A stretch of 64,000 bases of DNA, from assembly GCA_963754775.1 (NCBI GenBank), contig CAVWHM010000045.1, positions 134,494-198,493 of the forward strand, given 5' to 3'. This document shows, in pieces, positions 33,705 through 44,233 of the stretch; the first letter of the stretch is position 1; every line of letters starts with the position of its first letter. The translations under genes and the position numbers were made by a program. The DNA is from an uncultured Verrucomicrobiae bacterium (lineage in GTDB: Bacteria > Verrucomicrobiota > Verrucomicrobiia > Limisphaerales > UBA11358). The notes beneath the pieces are model-generated. The model saw nothing but the letters and a program-made list of their open reading frames with translations, had not been told where the DNA came from and searched no databases.

Positions 33705-33827
33705 GACGACAGGTTACCGGCGACCGGCGGAATCGCCAAATCATTTTGCCGTCCGGAACGCATCCCCTTCGTCCTTCGTTCTCGCCTGAATTGACTTGGC
33801 GTGTTCCGACGGCTAATCTCCGGCCCA

Positions 33828-34556
33828 ATGCTGGAGACGATTGAGAAGCTGCTGGTTCTACAGGACCGTGACCAAAAAATCCGTCGCGTGCAGGGGGAAC
33901 TCGCCCACCTCGGCCCCGAACGCGAAGGTCTGCGCGCCAAAGCCGCCGCCACCCAGAGCCAACTCGAAACCCTCAAGACCCGCGCCAAACAGATCGAGTC
34001 CGACCGCAAACGGCTCGAGCTCGACGTCGAATCGAAGAAACAGCAGATCGAAAAATACGCCAACCAGCAGTTGCAGACGCGCAAGAACGAGGAATACCGC
34101 GCGCTGGCCCACGAAATTGACGCGTGCAAGGCCGACATCACGAAAATTGAGGACCAGGAAATCGGGTTGATGGAGCAGGCCGAGCAGGTGCAGAAGGAAA
34201 ACACCCGCCTCACGCGCGAGGCCGGGGAAACGAAAACGCTGGTGGATGACCAGGTCGCGCAACTGGATCAGCGCGAGGAGAATTTGAAGAAGGAGCTGGC
34301 CGAATTACAGCAGGGCCGGGCGGAACTGGCGGCGGGGGTGGAGGAATCCGCGCGCGTGCGCTACGACCGGCTGGTCAGAAGCAAGGGCGAGAACGTTGTT
34401 GTGGGCGTGGACCATGCCGTGTGCGGCGGCTGCCACACGAAATTGCCGCCGCAAATCCTGGTCTTTTGCATGGCCGACCAGGAAATCATCACCTGCACAA
34501 ATTGCGGGCGGATACTTTACTACACACGCGACATGGCGCCGGCGGTGCCGGAGTAG
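33828..34556 (+). CDS. Coiled-coil zinc-ribbon protein (COG1579/DUF164-like)
   Basis: Long coiled coil, then CGGCHTKLPPQ...CTNCGRILY (C4 ribbon). An alternative start lies at 33801. Confidence 0.7.
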   Translation: MLETIEKLLVLQDRDQKIRRVQGELAHLGPEREGLRAKAAATQSQLETLKTRAKQIESDRKRLELDVESKKQQIEKYANQQLQTRKNEEYRALAHEIDACKADITKIEDQEIGLMEQAEQVQKENTRLTREAGETKTLVDDQVAQLDQREENLKKELAELQQGRAELAAGVEESARVRYDRLVRSKGENVVVGVDHAVCGGCHTKLPPQILVFCMADQEIITCTNCGRILYYTRDMAPAVPE

Positions 34557-34632
34557 TAGGAGACGACGTAAGGAGACTCTGACTTGTCTTTCAAAATCCG
34601 GAAGGTTTGAGACTCGTCACCTCGTCTCCTAC
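34556..34632. repeat. Palindromic element (GTAGGAGACGA arms)
   Basis: gtaggagacgacgtaaggagactctgac ... gtttgagactcgtcacctcgtctcctac. Lies between convergent genes. The arm sequence resembles 1304-1322 and the nadC insert. Confidence 0.6.
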
Positions 34633-34658
34633 GACACAATGAATTTTCGAACCGACTG

Positions 34659-34892
34659 CTAGGCGCCGTTGTCGCCAATGGCCTCCACCGGGCAGCCTTC
34701 CTTGGCTTCTTTGCAGCGTGCTTCCTCTTCGGGCGAGGCCGGCTGTTTATAGACGAACGAATAGCCGCCGTCGTCGTTGCGTTTAAAATTGTCCGGCGCC
34801 GTCTCGCGGCACAGGTCGCAGTCAATGCACTGGTTGTCCACGTAATATTTGCCGGGGACATTTTCGGGATATTTGTTTGCAACGTCTGCCAT
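34659..34892 (-). CDS. Small 4Fe-4S ferredoxin
   Basis: 77 aa. CIDCDLC...C..EGCP cysteine pattern. Confidence 0.8.
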   Translation of the reverse strand: MADVANKYPENVPGKYYVDNQCIDCDLCRETAPDNFKRNDDGGYSFVYKQPASPEEEARCKEAKEGCPVEAIGDNGA

Positions 34893-34944
34893 AAATTTGT
34901 GCCAGCAATATGGATGCCGTTCATGGGGATGGCAAGCGCGATTT

Positions 34945-35048
34945 CAGTCAACTGTCCACCGTCCACCGTCCCCTGTCACAGACACATAAGTTTCGGGCGG
35001 GTGCCGACTGTGAACTGTGGACTATGGACTTTAAAGCGTGGACTTTGG
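34945..35048. repeat. Heptamer-periodic inverted repeat (TGTCCAC units facing GTGGACT units)
   Basis: agtcaac tgtccac cgtccac cgtcccc tgtcaca ... gactgtg aactgtg gactatg gacttta aagcgtg gactttg. Lies upstream of pyk. Confidence 0.65.
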
Positions 35049-35060
35049 TATGTTTGACCC

Positions 35061-36479
35061 ATGCAACCGGGGAGCATACGGAGGACCAAAATCATTGCCA
35101 CGCTGGGGCCGGCCACCGATTCGGCGGAGATGATTGCGCGGCTCATGGAGGCGGGCGTCAACCTGTTTCGTCTCAACATGTCACACGCGCCGCACGACTG
35201 GGTGCGCCGCGTTTATCAGGACATCCGCGCCGCCGCCGCCACGCGCCGGCAATTTGCCGGCATCATGCTGGACACCCAAGGCCCGGCCATCCGCACCGGC
35301 GACATCAGTTCGCCGCTCGATTTGCAACCCGGCCAGAAATTCACCCTCACCGTCCGCGGCGAACGCGATCTGGAGGAACATTCCGTGGACGTGAATTACG
35401 CGAACTTCGTCAACGACATCAGCCTGGGCGACGTGGTGCTCATTGACAACGGCGCGATCCAGATGAAGGTGCTCGCCAAGGACGGCAACCGCGTCGAGTG
35501 CGAAGTGCTCACGGAAGGCACGCTCGGCAGCCGCCGCCACATCAACCTGCCCGGGGTCAGGGTCAGCCTGCCCGCCCTCACGGCCAAGGACATCAAGGAC
35601 GTTAAACTTGGTCTCGAACTCGGCGTGGATTTCATCGCGCTGTCGTTCGTCCGCGAAGCCCGCGACCTGCTGCAACTGCGGGAGCTTTTTGAAAAGGACA
35701 AACCGGCGCCGTTTGTCATCGCCAAAATCGAGGACCGGCAGGCGGTCCAAAATCTGGAATCCATCGTCCGCGAAACCGACGGCATCATGGTTGCCCGCGG
35801 CGATTTGGGCATTGAAATTCCATACGAGGAACTGCCCATCGTCCAACGCCGCATCGTCAAGACGTGTTTGCGCCACGGCAAGCCGGTCATCGTTGCCACG
35901 CACATGCTCGAAAGCATGATTGAATCGCCCATGCCCACGCGTGCCGAGGTCACCGACGTGGCCAACGCCGTTTACGAAGAAACCGACGCCATCATGCTCA
36001 GCGGCGAAACCACCGTCGGCAAATATCCGCTCAAGTGCATCGAAGTGTTTGACCGCATCGCCACGCGCATCGAACGCAGCGGCAGCGCGCAATTCCACGA
36101 CACGGCGGAATTGAGCACCCCGCGGCAGAAACTCGTCAAAAGCGCCGTCGTCATGGCCAATGAATTGAAAGCGGCGGCGATTCTGGTGATTACGCGCAGC
36201 GGCAACATGGCGCGCTACACCGCCTGGATGCGTCCGCATTATTCACCCATTTACGCGCTTTGTCCCAACCACAACGCGGCCGGCAGCCTGACGTTGAGCT
36301 GGGGCGTCACGCCTTTTGTGGTTCCCTTCGACCTCATCAATCCGGAGAACACCATCGAAACCTCGCTGAAAATCCTGGTGGAACAAGGCCGGCTGCGCAA
36401 AGGCACCACCGTCGTCATCATCGGCTCCATCCTGGTCGGTGAACAAATCGTGGACGCGGTGCAGATGCGCATCGTTTGA
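35061..36479 (+). CDS. pyk: Pyruvate kinase
   Basis: 472 aa. RRTKIIATLGPA, NMSHA, MVARGDLGIEIP, ATHMLESM. Confidence 0.95.
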   Translation: MQPGSIRRTKIIATLGPATDSAEMIARLMEAGVNLFRLNMSHAPHDWVRRVYQDIRAAAATRRQFAGIMLDTQGPAIRTGDISSPLDLQPGQKFTLTVRGERDLEEHSVDVNYANFVNDISLGDVVLIDNGAIQMKVLAKDGNRVECEVLTEGTLGSRRHINLPGVRVSLPALTAKDIKDVKLGLELGVDFIALSFVREARDLLQLRELFEKDKPAPFVIAKIEDRQAVQNLESIVRETDGIMVARGDLGIEIPYEELPIVQRRIVKTCLRHGKPVIVATHMLESMIESPMPTRAEVTDVANAVYEETDAIMLSGETTVGKYPLKCIEVFDRIATRIERSGSAQFHDTAELSTPRQKLVKSAVVMANELKAAAILVITRSGNMARYTAWMRPHYSPIYALCPNHNAAGSLTLSWGVTPFVVPFDLINPENTIETSLKILVEQGRLRKGTTVVIIGSILVGEQIVDAVQMRIV

Positions 36480-36501
36480 GCACGCGCCAGAAGCCGCGAT
36501 G

Positions 36502-37968
36502 CTATTTCAACACTTGCGCCGCCACCGTGGCGAGGTTCAGCACCACGCTCGGAAACAGGCCGATCCAGAACATGCCCGCGATGCAAATCCAGAGGGAAAC
36601 TTTGGCCGGGGCCGAAAGTGCAATCGGCGACAAGTCCGGCGCGTCCTTGCTCCAGTAAATCGCGCGGATGACGCCAAAATAGTAGTAAAGCGATATCACC
36701 ACGCCTGCCAGCGCCGTGAACGCGAGGCAATAATAACCCGGATCCGTTGCGCCCTGTTCAATCACGGCTTTCAGCAGCAGAAATTTCCCGAAAAATCCGG
36801 CCAGCGGCGGGATGCCCGCCAGCGACACCATCGCCAGCGACAGCGTTGCGGCCAGCAGCGGCGAGCGCTGGTTTAAACCCGCCAGCGCGGAAATGTCCTC
36901 GTTTTCCAAGTGCCGCATCACGAGGCAAATCACCGTGAACGCCCCCAGCACCGTGAACAGATATCCGGCCAGATAATACAGAAGCGCCGAGCCGCCAGCG
37001 GTAGAATTGTGAACGCCTCCGGCCAACGCCGCCACACCCAGCAGCAGGTAACCCGCGTGCGCAATGCTCGAATAGCCGAGCAATCGCTTGAGGTTGCGTT
37101 GCGGAATCGCGCACAGGTTGCCGTAGAGAATTGTGATGCCCGATATCACGATGAGCAAATTCGCCCAATGCGCCGTAATGCTTGGAACGGCGGTGAATAA
37201 AACGCGCAGCAGCAGGACAAATCCGGCGGCCTTGGAACCAACGGCGAGAAACGCGGTCGTCGGCGTCGGTGCGCCCTGATAAACGTCCGGCGCCCAGATT
37301 TGGAACGGAAACGCCGCGATTTTGAATCCGAGTCCAACCAGCACCAGCAGCACGCCCAGCAGAAAGATTTTGTTGCCGGCAAATTGGGACGCGATCTGGG
37401 CGAGTTCGTTGAAATTCAATTTGCCTGTTGTGCCCCATACCAACGCGATGCCGAAAACCAGGAACGCCGACGATAGTGCGCCGAGGATCAGATATTTTAC
37501 GCCCGCTTCCAGCGACACCAGCCGCCCGCGCTGAAAACTCGTGAGCACGTAGAATGTGATGGTGATCAGTTCGATTGAAACAAACAACATCGCGAAGTCA
37601 TTCGCCGAAGCCGCAAACAGCATTCCCGACAACGCAAAGATAATGAGCGAGTAGTATTCAGAAATGCCTGCGGCGATGCGATCGGAAAATTCCGCCGACA
37701 TGAACAGCACAAGAATGGCGGCGATGATAAAAAAGCGTTTGAAAAACACCGCCAGGGCGTCTTCCACGAACGACCCGCTGAACGCCGTGCCCGTCTGACT
37801 GCAAATGCCATAGCCGCTCAAGCTCGTCAGGAGCAGCAGCCCCAGCGCCGCGATCGCCGCGTAGCCGAGAAAGCGCCGGCGTTCGGGCGGCATGAACAAA
37901 TCCGCCAGCAGCAGCACCACACCGAGGGCGATCACCGAAATTTCCAGGCTTATCAACTCTGAGTTCAT
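36502..37968 (-). CDS. nuoN: NADH-quinone oxidoreductase subunit N
   Basis: Polytopic antiporter-like subunit. ATG at 37968 shares one base with the nuoM TGA (the listed ORF begins one codon earlier at a TTG). Confidence 0.9.
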   Translation of the reverse strand: MNSELISLEISVIALGVVLLLADLFMPPERRRFLGYAAIAALGLLLLTSLSGYGICSQTGTAFSGSFVEDALAVFFKRFFIIAAILVLFMSAEFSDRIAAGISEYYSLIIFALSGMLFAASANDFAMLFVSIELITITFYVLTSFQRGRLVSLEAGVKYLILGALSSAFLVFGIALVWGTTGKLNFNELAQIASQFAGNKIFLLGVLLVLVGLGFKIAAFPFQIWAPDVYQGAPTPTTAFLAVGSKAAGFVLLLRVLFTAVPSITAHWANLLIVISGITILYGNLCAIPQRNLKRLLGYSSIAHAGYLLLGVAALAGGVHNSTAGGSALLYYLAGYLFTVLGAFTVICLVMRHLENEDISALAGLNQRSPLLAATLSLAMVSLAGIPPLAGFFGKFLLLKAVIEQGATDPGYYCLAFTALAGVVISLYYYFGVIRAIYWSKDAPDLSPIALSAPAKVSLWICIAGMFWIGLFPSVVLNLATVAAQVLK

Positions 37969-39521
37969 CAATTTCGGAGTGCGGAGTTCGGAGTGCGGAG
38001 TTTGGAAAGGTTAGCCTGTGCAACCGTTTTGTCCGCGGTTTCGACTGGTGCGGCAAGGCTCACAATCTTTGCGGCGTCCGGCGTGATTTTGTCCGTGAGC
38101 AAACGCGGGAAACAGCCGAACACGAACAGGCTCGCCAGCAGCAGCGCGTAGGGCAGTTTGCGCCAGGCATGCGACGCGTCGGGAAGGGCCGCCCATTTTT
38201 CCGGCAGCGGGCCGTGCAAAACATCCCGCATCGCCCGCAACATGTAGAGTGCGCCGATCAGCAACGCGCCCCAAACCGCCAGCGCAGTCACCAGCGGGAA
38301 AACTGTCCACGCGCCGAAGAAGACCGTGACTTCGCCGACGAAATTGGCAAAGCCCGGCAACCCGCAACCCGCCAGCGCCGCCATCAACAGGGCCGTGCCG
38401 ATAAAAGGCAATTGGCGGCAAAGCCCGCCCAGCTTGCTCATTTCCAGCGTGCCGGTCTGTTGATAAATGTAGCCGCTCAACGCGAACGTCAGGGCCGCCA
38501 GGAAACCGTGCGCGATCATGATGACCACCGCACCAGTCACGCCGATGAGGTTCAGGCTGGCGATACCAAGGAAAATGAAACCCATGTGCGCAACGCTCGA
38601 ATTGCCGATGAGCAGGTTCAGGTCCTTCTGCCGCATCGCCACCCAGCCGACGTAAAGGATGTTGCCCAGGCAGAGCCACGCGAGAAAGGCCATCCAGTTG
38701 TGGGCGGCCTGCGGCATCAATGGCAGCGCAACGCGAATCAAACCGTACAGCCCGAACTTCTTCAACACGCCGGCATGCAGCATGGCGGTCGGCGACGGCG
38801 CGGCTCCGTAGCCCAACGGTGCCCACGAATGGAACGGCCAGAGCGAAACCAGAATGCCGAAGCCGAACAGCAACAGCGGGAAGATGAAATTCTGTGCGCT
38901 GGCCGCGAGCGGATTGGCCTTGGCATGTTCAATCAATTTCGGGATGTCGAACGTGTTCACGCCGGATTGCAGGTAAAGCGCGATGAGGCCAATGAGCGCG
39001 ATGAGCGCGCCAATGCTCAGGTAAAGCGTGATCTGGAACGTCGCGTAATTCTTCCGTTCGCCGCGGCCCCAGACGCCGATCATGATGAACGTCGGCACCA
39101 GCGCGAGTTCGTGCAGGAAATAAAAGAAAAACAGGTCGAGCGACGCGAATGCGCCGAGGATGCCGCCGCTCATCACCAGCAACAGGATGTAAAATTCCTT
39201 TTCGCGTTCCTTGATTTCCCACGAGCAGCACGCCGCCGCGAACGCCACAATCGCGCCCATCAATATCAGCCCGACATTCAGGCCATCCACGCCGACGTGA
39301 TAGCTGATGCCAAGTGATTCGACCCACGGAATTTGCTGTTCGAACTGGTAACCATTCACACCGGGAATGAACTGCACGAACATTTTCACCGCCAGCACCG
39401 CCGGGATGAGGGTCGCCAGGACCGCGATCGCGCGGATGACGACACGGTAATTGCGCGGCACGACAATCAGCGCCAGCGCCGCCAACAGCGGCCAGCCAAA
39501 AATGTAAGTCAGAATCGACAT
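37968..39521 (-). CDS. nuoM: NADH-quinone oxidoreductase subunit M
   Basis: ORF trimmed to the ATG at 39521 (MSILTYIFGWPLLAAL). Typical NuoM/ND4 TM pattern. Confidence 0.9.
   Translation of the reverse strand: MSILTYIFGWPLLAALALIVVPRNYRVVIRAIAVLATLIPAVLAVKMFVQFIPGVNGYQFEQQIPWVESLGISYHVGVDGLNVGLILMGAIVAFAAACCSWEIKEREKEFYILLLVMSGGILGAFASLDLFFFYFLHELALVPTFIMIGVWGRGERKNYATFQITLYLSIGALIALIGLIALYLQSGVNTFDIPKLIEHAKANPLAASAQNFIFPLLLFGFGILVSLWPFHSWAPLGYGAAPSPTAMLHAGVLKKFGLYGLIRVALPLMPQAAHNWMAFLAWLCLGNILYVGWVAMRQKDLNLLIGNSSVAHMGFIFLGIASLNLIGVTGAVVIMIAHGFLAALTFALSGYIYQQTGTLEMSKLGGLCRQLPFIGTALLMAALAGCGLPGFANFVGEVTVFFGAWTVFPLVTALAVWGALLIGALYMLRAMRDVLHGPLPEKWAALPDASHAWRKLPYALLLASLFVFGCFPRLLTDKITPDAAKIVSLAAPVETADKTVAQANLSKLRTPNSALRN
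37975..38003. repeat. CGGAGTK heptamer tandem repeat inside the nuoM 3' end
   Basis: cggagtg cggagtt cggagtg cggagtt t. Encodes the last residues (LRTPNSALRN*) of an extended NuoM tail. Confidence 0.6.
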
Positions 39522-39522
39522 T

Positions 39523-41517
39523 TTATTTCCCCAAAACCAGATACAGCACCACCGCCACGCCGAGCACGAACAGGAGGGCGTAGGTCTGGAGGTTGCCGGT
39601 TTGCACAAGGCGCAACGCGCGACCGGTGAAATCCGTGCCGCCACGAACCAGCCCGATGCAAAGACCTTCCACCAGCCAGCGGTCAATCACATCCATGACC
39701 GCCGCGATGAAATCGTGCGCACGGATGAAAGTGGCCTCGTAAATTTCGTCGAAATAAAACTTGTTCTTCATCGCGGTGGCCAAACCACCGAGCTTGGCGG
39801 GCAGCGGATCGGTTTCGGCATTGTGATAGAATTTGAACGCCATGAGAAACCAATTGCAACGCCGATAAACCCGACAAGGCAATCCGCGAATCCGTAAATG
39901 GCTCAAGATTTTTTGCAGAAGCGTCTTTGTTGGGAAAAGCACAGCGTAAGTTTTTGCTGGAATCGATTACGAGCGCCGAATCGATTTGCGCGAGATTCAT
40001 TCTGCAGCGGAAGCAGAATTATCGACTCTCCGGCGAAACGAACTGCGAAGTGGCCGACATCAAAAATATGATGTCTGTAATTCTTTCGCGCCAATGATAC
40101 CACCAACCAGCGCGAACACAGCCAAGACAACAGCGGCAGCGACATGACGGCGGGTGATTCGTGCGCGTGCTTGGCTTTTTCAGTCCGAGCTTCACCAAGG
40201 AAGGCGACAAAGAAAAGGCGGAACATGTAAAACGTCGTCAAATCGGCCACAAATACGCCGACGCGCGAAGAGCAGATAATTATTTTCATCCAGTGCCTGC
40301 GCGAGGATGCTGATTCTTTCGAGTAGAAACCACTCAACGGCGGCACGCCGCTCAACGCCAGCGTGCCGATGAGGAACGTCCAGAACGTAACGGGCATTTT
40401 TTCGCGCAGGCCGCCCATTTTCCAGATGTCCTGCTCCTCGTGCAGCGCGTGAATGACCGAGCCGGCGCCGAGGAACAGCAGCGCTTTGAAAAACGCGTGC
40501 GTCGTCAAATGGAACATCGCCGGCGTCGGGCCGGCCAGGCCGACGGCCATGACCATGTAACCGAGTTGCGACAGCGTCGAGTAGGCGAGGATGCGTTTGA
40601 TGTCGTTTTGCTGGACGGCGATCAATGCCGCGAGCAAGCGCGGTGAATCCGCCGATATACGCAATGACCTCCAGAGCGGTCGCATCGAGCAGGAAAATAA
40701 TCCGGCAAAGCATGTAAACACCGGCCGCCACCATCGTCGCCGCATGGATCAACGCGCTGACCGGCGTCGGGCCTTCCATCGCATCGGGCAACCAAACGTG
40801 CAGCGGAAATTGCGCGGACTTGCCCATCGCACCGCAGAAAATCAGCAGACCGGCAATGCTGGCGATGGCTCCAAGCGCAACGGGATTGGCGGTGAGGGTT
40901 TGTTGGAGCGTGCTGAAATTCAGCGAACCGAGCGTGGCCCACACAACCAGGATGCCCAGCAGGAAACCGAAGTCGCCGAGGCGGTTGGTGAAGAAGGCTT
41001 TTTTCGCCGCATCCGCCGCGCTGGGTTTTTCAAACCAGAACCCGATGAGCAGATAGCTGGAAACGCCGACCAGTTCCCAGAAGATGAACAGTTCGATGAA
41101 ATTGTTCGCCAGCACGATGCCGAGCATCGAGAACGTGAACAGGCTCATGAACGCAAAGAAGCGCGCCTTGCTCCGGTCGGCGTCCATGTAGCCGTAGGAA
41201 TAAATGTGAATCGCGCCGCCGACGCCGGTGACGATGAGCATCATCATCTCGCTCAACCGGTCGAGCTTCAGGCCGAAATCAACATTCAGGCCGCCGACGG
41301 AAAGCCAGTTGACGGCGGACTCACCGCTGACCCAGCCGTTGGCGGCGATGAACGCGACGGTGGAGACGAAGCCGATGACAATCGCGCCGATGGACAGGAG
41401 CGCGCTCACGTTGCGGTATTTCAACGTGAACAGCGTAATCACCGCCGCGGCGAGCAACGGCAGAAACAAAATGAGCCACGGTAAAATTTCGTATTTCATC
41501 AATTGGGACGGAAACAT
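39523..41517 (-). pseudogene. nuoL: NADH-quinone oxidoreductase subunit L, with multiple frame disruptions in its C-terminal half
   Basis: The N-terminal ~290 aa are intact (ORF 40192-41517 up to ...EVIAYIGGFTAL). The reading then hops: LAALIAVQQNDIKRILAYSTLSQLGYM...SGFYSKE (ORF 39903-40745), SILAQALDENNYLLF (first frame), GVFVADLTTFYMFRLFF...HAHESPAVMSLPLL (second), IYGFADCLVGFIGVAIGF (third), then LMAFKFY...KNKFYFDEIY...LQTYALLFVLG (ORF 39523-39942). Confidence 0.8.
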
Positions 41518-41607
41518 TCAACATTCAACATCGAACCTTCAACGCTCAATGCCCGTGGACTTCGCACATTGGATGTTGAGTGTTGAATGTTGAATGTTCG
41601 ATGTTCT
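41513..41607. repeat. Heptamer-periodic inverted repeat (AACATTC units facing GAATGTT units)
   Basis: aacattc aacattc aacatcg aaccttc aacgctc aatg ... cattgga tgttgag tgttgaa tgttgaa tgttcga tgttc. Lies between nuoK and nuoL. Same unit type as 29118-29157. Confidence 0.7.
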
Positions 41608-41616
41608 TTCATTTAA

Positions 41617-41919
41617 TCAGAGTTTCATCGTGGTCAGGTCTTCGACGTGCGCGGACTGGCGTTTGCGGTAAAGCGCGACAATGAGCGCCAGGCCGACCGC
41701 CACTTCCGCGGCCGCCACGGTGATGATGAAAAAGACCAGAACCTGGCCGTCCAGTTTGTTGTTGAACCGTGAAAAGGAAACCAACGCGAGATTCGACGCA
41801 TTCAGCATCAGTTCCAGCGACATGTAAATGACGAGCAGATTGCGCCGCATGACGACGCCGAGCAGGCCCAGCGCAAAACAAAAGCTCACGACCAGATAAT
41901 GTTCCAAGCCTACGTGCAT
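41617..41919 (-). CDS. nuoK: NADH-quinone oxidoreductase subunit K
   Basis: Trimmed to the ATG at 41919 ([12 protein letters not shown]...). About 100 aa, 3 TM, with the conserved LELMLNA. Confidence 0.9.
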   Translation of the reverse strand: MHVGLEHYLVVSFCFALGLLGVVMRRNLLVIYMSLELMLNASNLALVSFSRFNNKLDGQVLVFFIITVAAAEVAVGLALIVALYRKRQSAHVEDLTTMKL

Positions 41920-41930
41920 GTTTTCGGCGA

Positions 41931-42004
41931 CGAGAATGGAGGATAGAGAATGGAGAATGCAAAGACGGTTCCACGCCATCTTCATCTCATCTTCCATCTT
42001 CTTC
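41931..42004. repeat. Heptamer-periodic inverted repeat (GAGAATG units facing CATCTTC units)
   Basis: gagaatg gaggata gagaatg gagaatg ... catcttc atctcat cttccat cttcttc. Lies between nuoJ and nuoK. Confidence 0.65.
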
Positions 42005-42514
42005 TCATTTCAGATCCTTTTTGCTCAATAAAATCACGCCCACCATCGCCACGAGCAGCAGCACCGAGACAACTTCAAAGGGCAGCACATACTGGGTGAA
42101 CAGGAGGTGGCCGAGCGCGTTGGTTCCGCCTTCAAGCTGCGGCGCGGGCAAATCTGTGCCCGGTTTTGCCGCCTTCAATGCCTTCAAGGAAATCGCCACG
42201 ATGGCGCCGACGGAAATCAACCCGCCCACAAAACCGAACATTTTGATTTTACGGCGTTGTTCCTCCTTCAAATCAAGCAGCATGATGACGAACAGGAACA
42301 GCACAATGACCGCGCCGGCATAGACGATGATTTGGACGGCGGCGAGGAAGAACGCGTGCAGCAACACGAACAGGCCGGCCATCGAAACGATGGTCAGCAC
42401 CAGAAACATCGCGCTCGTGACCGGGCTGCGGCTGAACGGATTGGCCACAACGAGGACGCCGCACAACAGCGTCAGCGCCGCGAACACGTAAAATAAAATG
42501 TCAGGCAGTCCCAT
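42005..42514 (-). CDS. nuoJ: NADH-quinone oxidoreductase subunit J
   Basis: 169 aa. 5-TM ND6-like pattern. Position in operon. Confidence 0.9.
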   Translation of the reverse strand: MGLPDILFYVFAALTLLCGVLVVANPFSRSPVTSAMFLVLTIVSMAGLFVLLHAFFLAAVQIIVYAGAVIVLFLFVIMLLDLKEEQRRKIKMFGFVGGLISVGAIVAISLKALKAAKPGTDLPAPQLEGGTNALGHLLFTQYVLPFEVVSVLLLVAMVGVILLSKKDLK

Positions 42515-42526
42515 GTTTTCCCCGAG

Positions 42527-43084
42527 TCAGACCTTCACCGGAAAATTCTCCTGCTCCTTCGCTTCCTCCAGTTTGTTCTTCCACTTCTGGATGCCGCCGT
42601 GCTCGCCACCGAGCGCAAGGAGCTTTTCCTTGTCGTAAATCATCTCGGCACGGCTCTGACCGGTGAGCGAATAATCCTTCAACAGGAAAATCGCCTCCTC
42701 CGGGCAGACTTCCTGGCAAAAGCCGCAATAGATGCAACGCAGCATGTTGATTTCAAATGCGAGTGGCATTTTTTCCGCATTCGGACGGTCGGCCAACAAC
42801 CCGGTTGGGCCGGGTGGAATGATTTTGATGGCCTTCGGCGGGCAGACGAATTCGCAAAGCTGGCACGAGACGCATTTCGTGTTGCCTTCCTGATCCTTGA
42901 CGAGATAGGGCGCGCCGCGGTAGTCCGGCGGCACGGCCCATTTCTGCTCGGGATATTCCATGGTGACGGTCCCGCCGCCGAACAACGAACGGACGGCGTG
43001 CCGGAGCGTGACCTTGAATCCGCCAACAATCGCCGGCAGATAAAGTCGTTCCCAAAGCGTCAACGGTTTGCGATTAACAATCAT
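42527..43084 (-). CDS. nuoI: NADH-quinone oxidoreductase subunit I
   Basis: Two 4Fe-4S motifs: CVSCQLCEFVCP and CIYCGFCQEVCP. Confidence 0.9.
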   Translation of the reverse strand: MIVNRKPLTLWERLYLPAIVGGFKVTLRHAVRSLFGGGTVTMEYPEQKWAVPPDYRGAPYLVKDQEGNTKCVSCQLCEFVCPPKAIKIIPPGPTGLLADRPNAEKMPLAFEINMLRCIYCGFCQEVCPEEAIFLLKDYSLTGQSRAEMIYDKEKLLALGGEHGGIQKWKNKLEEAKEQENFPVKV

Positions 43085-43170
43085 TTCAACTTTTCGATTC
43101 TTCGTAGCGCCGATGCCAATCGGCGGACAAATTCAAATTTTCTCCGCGATTTTACAAACGCGGCTACGGA

Positions 43171-44232
43171 TCAACTTCTCATCCACAAAATTATTGCTGT
43201 CACCAGAATGTTCGCGAGCGCCAGCGGCACGAAACGCCGCCAGCCCAAATCCATCAACTGGTCATACCGGAAGCGCGGGAACATCCAGCGCACCCAGATG
43301 AACAACACCATGAACAGCAGCATCTTCACCAGAAAAATCAAAATGTGCGCGAGGCCCGCAACCAGCGTCGCCGCCGGATGGTCCAGCCCCCAGAACGGCA
43401 GCGTCCAGCCGCCGAAAAACAGCGTCACCATCATCGCTGCCGACGCGACCATGTTGGAATATTCGCCGAGGAAAAACAGCGCGAATTTCATCGAGCTGTA
43501 TTCGGTGTGATAGCCGCCGACCAGCTCGGTTTCCGCCTCCGGCAGATCGAACGGCAGGCGGTTGGTTTCGGCAAACGACGCGACGAGGAAAATGATGAAC
43601 GAAACCGGCGAGAAAAACACCAGCCAGCCATGTTGCGCCTGCCAGCCGATGATCCGGCTCAAATTCAAACTGCCCACGATCAGCAACACCGGAATCACCG
43701 ACATGCCCATCGAAATTTCATACGAAATCATCTGCGCGCTCGACCGGATGCCGCCGAGGAACGGATATTTCGAGTTTGCCGCGTAGCCCGCGAGGACAAT
43801 GCCGTAAACGCCCAGCGACACGATGCCGAAGGTGTAGAGGATGCCGACGTTCAAATCCGAGATGACCATTTGTTGGTGGCCGAGCTGCGAACCAAACGGA
43901 ATCACCGCCACGACCAGCATCGAAGGAATCACCGCGATGGCCGGCGCGAGCCAGAAATAAACCTTCCGCACGCCTGCCGGCGTGAAATCCTCCTTGAGTA
44001 TGAATTTCAGACCGTCCGCCAGCGGTTGGAAAACGCCGAGGCGGGTCAATGCCGGACCGACCACTGGAATGTATTTCATGAAGGGCGGCGCGGCGCGGTT
44101 CGGCCCGACGCGATCCTGGATCCACGCCGAAATTTTGCGCTCGGCCAGCACCGCATAAGCCACCATGCCCTGCACCACGCCGATGACAATGGCGATTTTG
44201 ACCACGCTGAAGATGATGAAATTCCAATTCAT
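43171..44232 (-). CDS. nuoH: NADH-quinone oxidoreductase subunit H
   Basis: 353 aa. AERKISAWIQDRVGPNR, the LPFDLPEAETELV motif. Confidence 0.9.
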   Translation of the reverse strand: MNWNFIIFSVVKIAIVIGVVQGMVAYAVLAERKISAWIQDRVGPNRAAPPFMKYIPVVGPALTRLGVFQPLADGLKFILKEDFTPAGVRKVYFWLAPAIAVIPSMLVVAVIPFGSQLGHQQMVISDLNVGILYTFGIVSLGVYGIVLAGYAANSKYPFLGGIRSSAQMISYEISMGMSVIPVLLIVGSLNLSRIIGWQAQHGWLVFFSPVSFIIFLVASFAETNRLPFDLPEAETELVGGYHTEYSSMKFALFFLGEYSNMVASAAMMVTLFFGGWTLPFWGLDHPAATLVAGLAHILIFLVKMLLFMVLFIWVRWMFPRFRYDQLMDLGWRRFVPLALANILVTAIILWMRS

Positions 44233-44233
44233 T

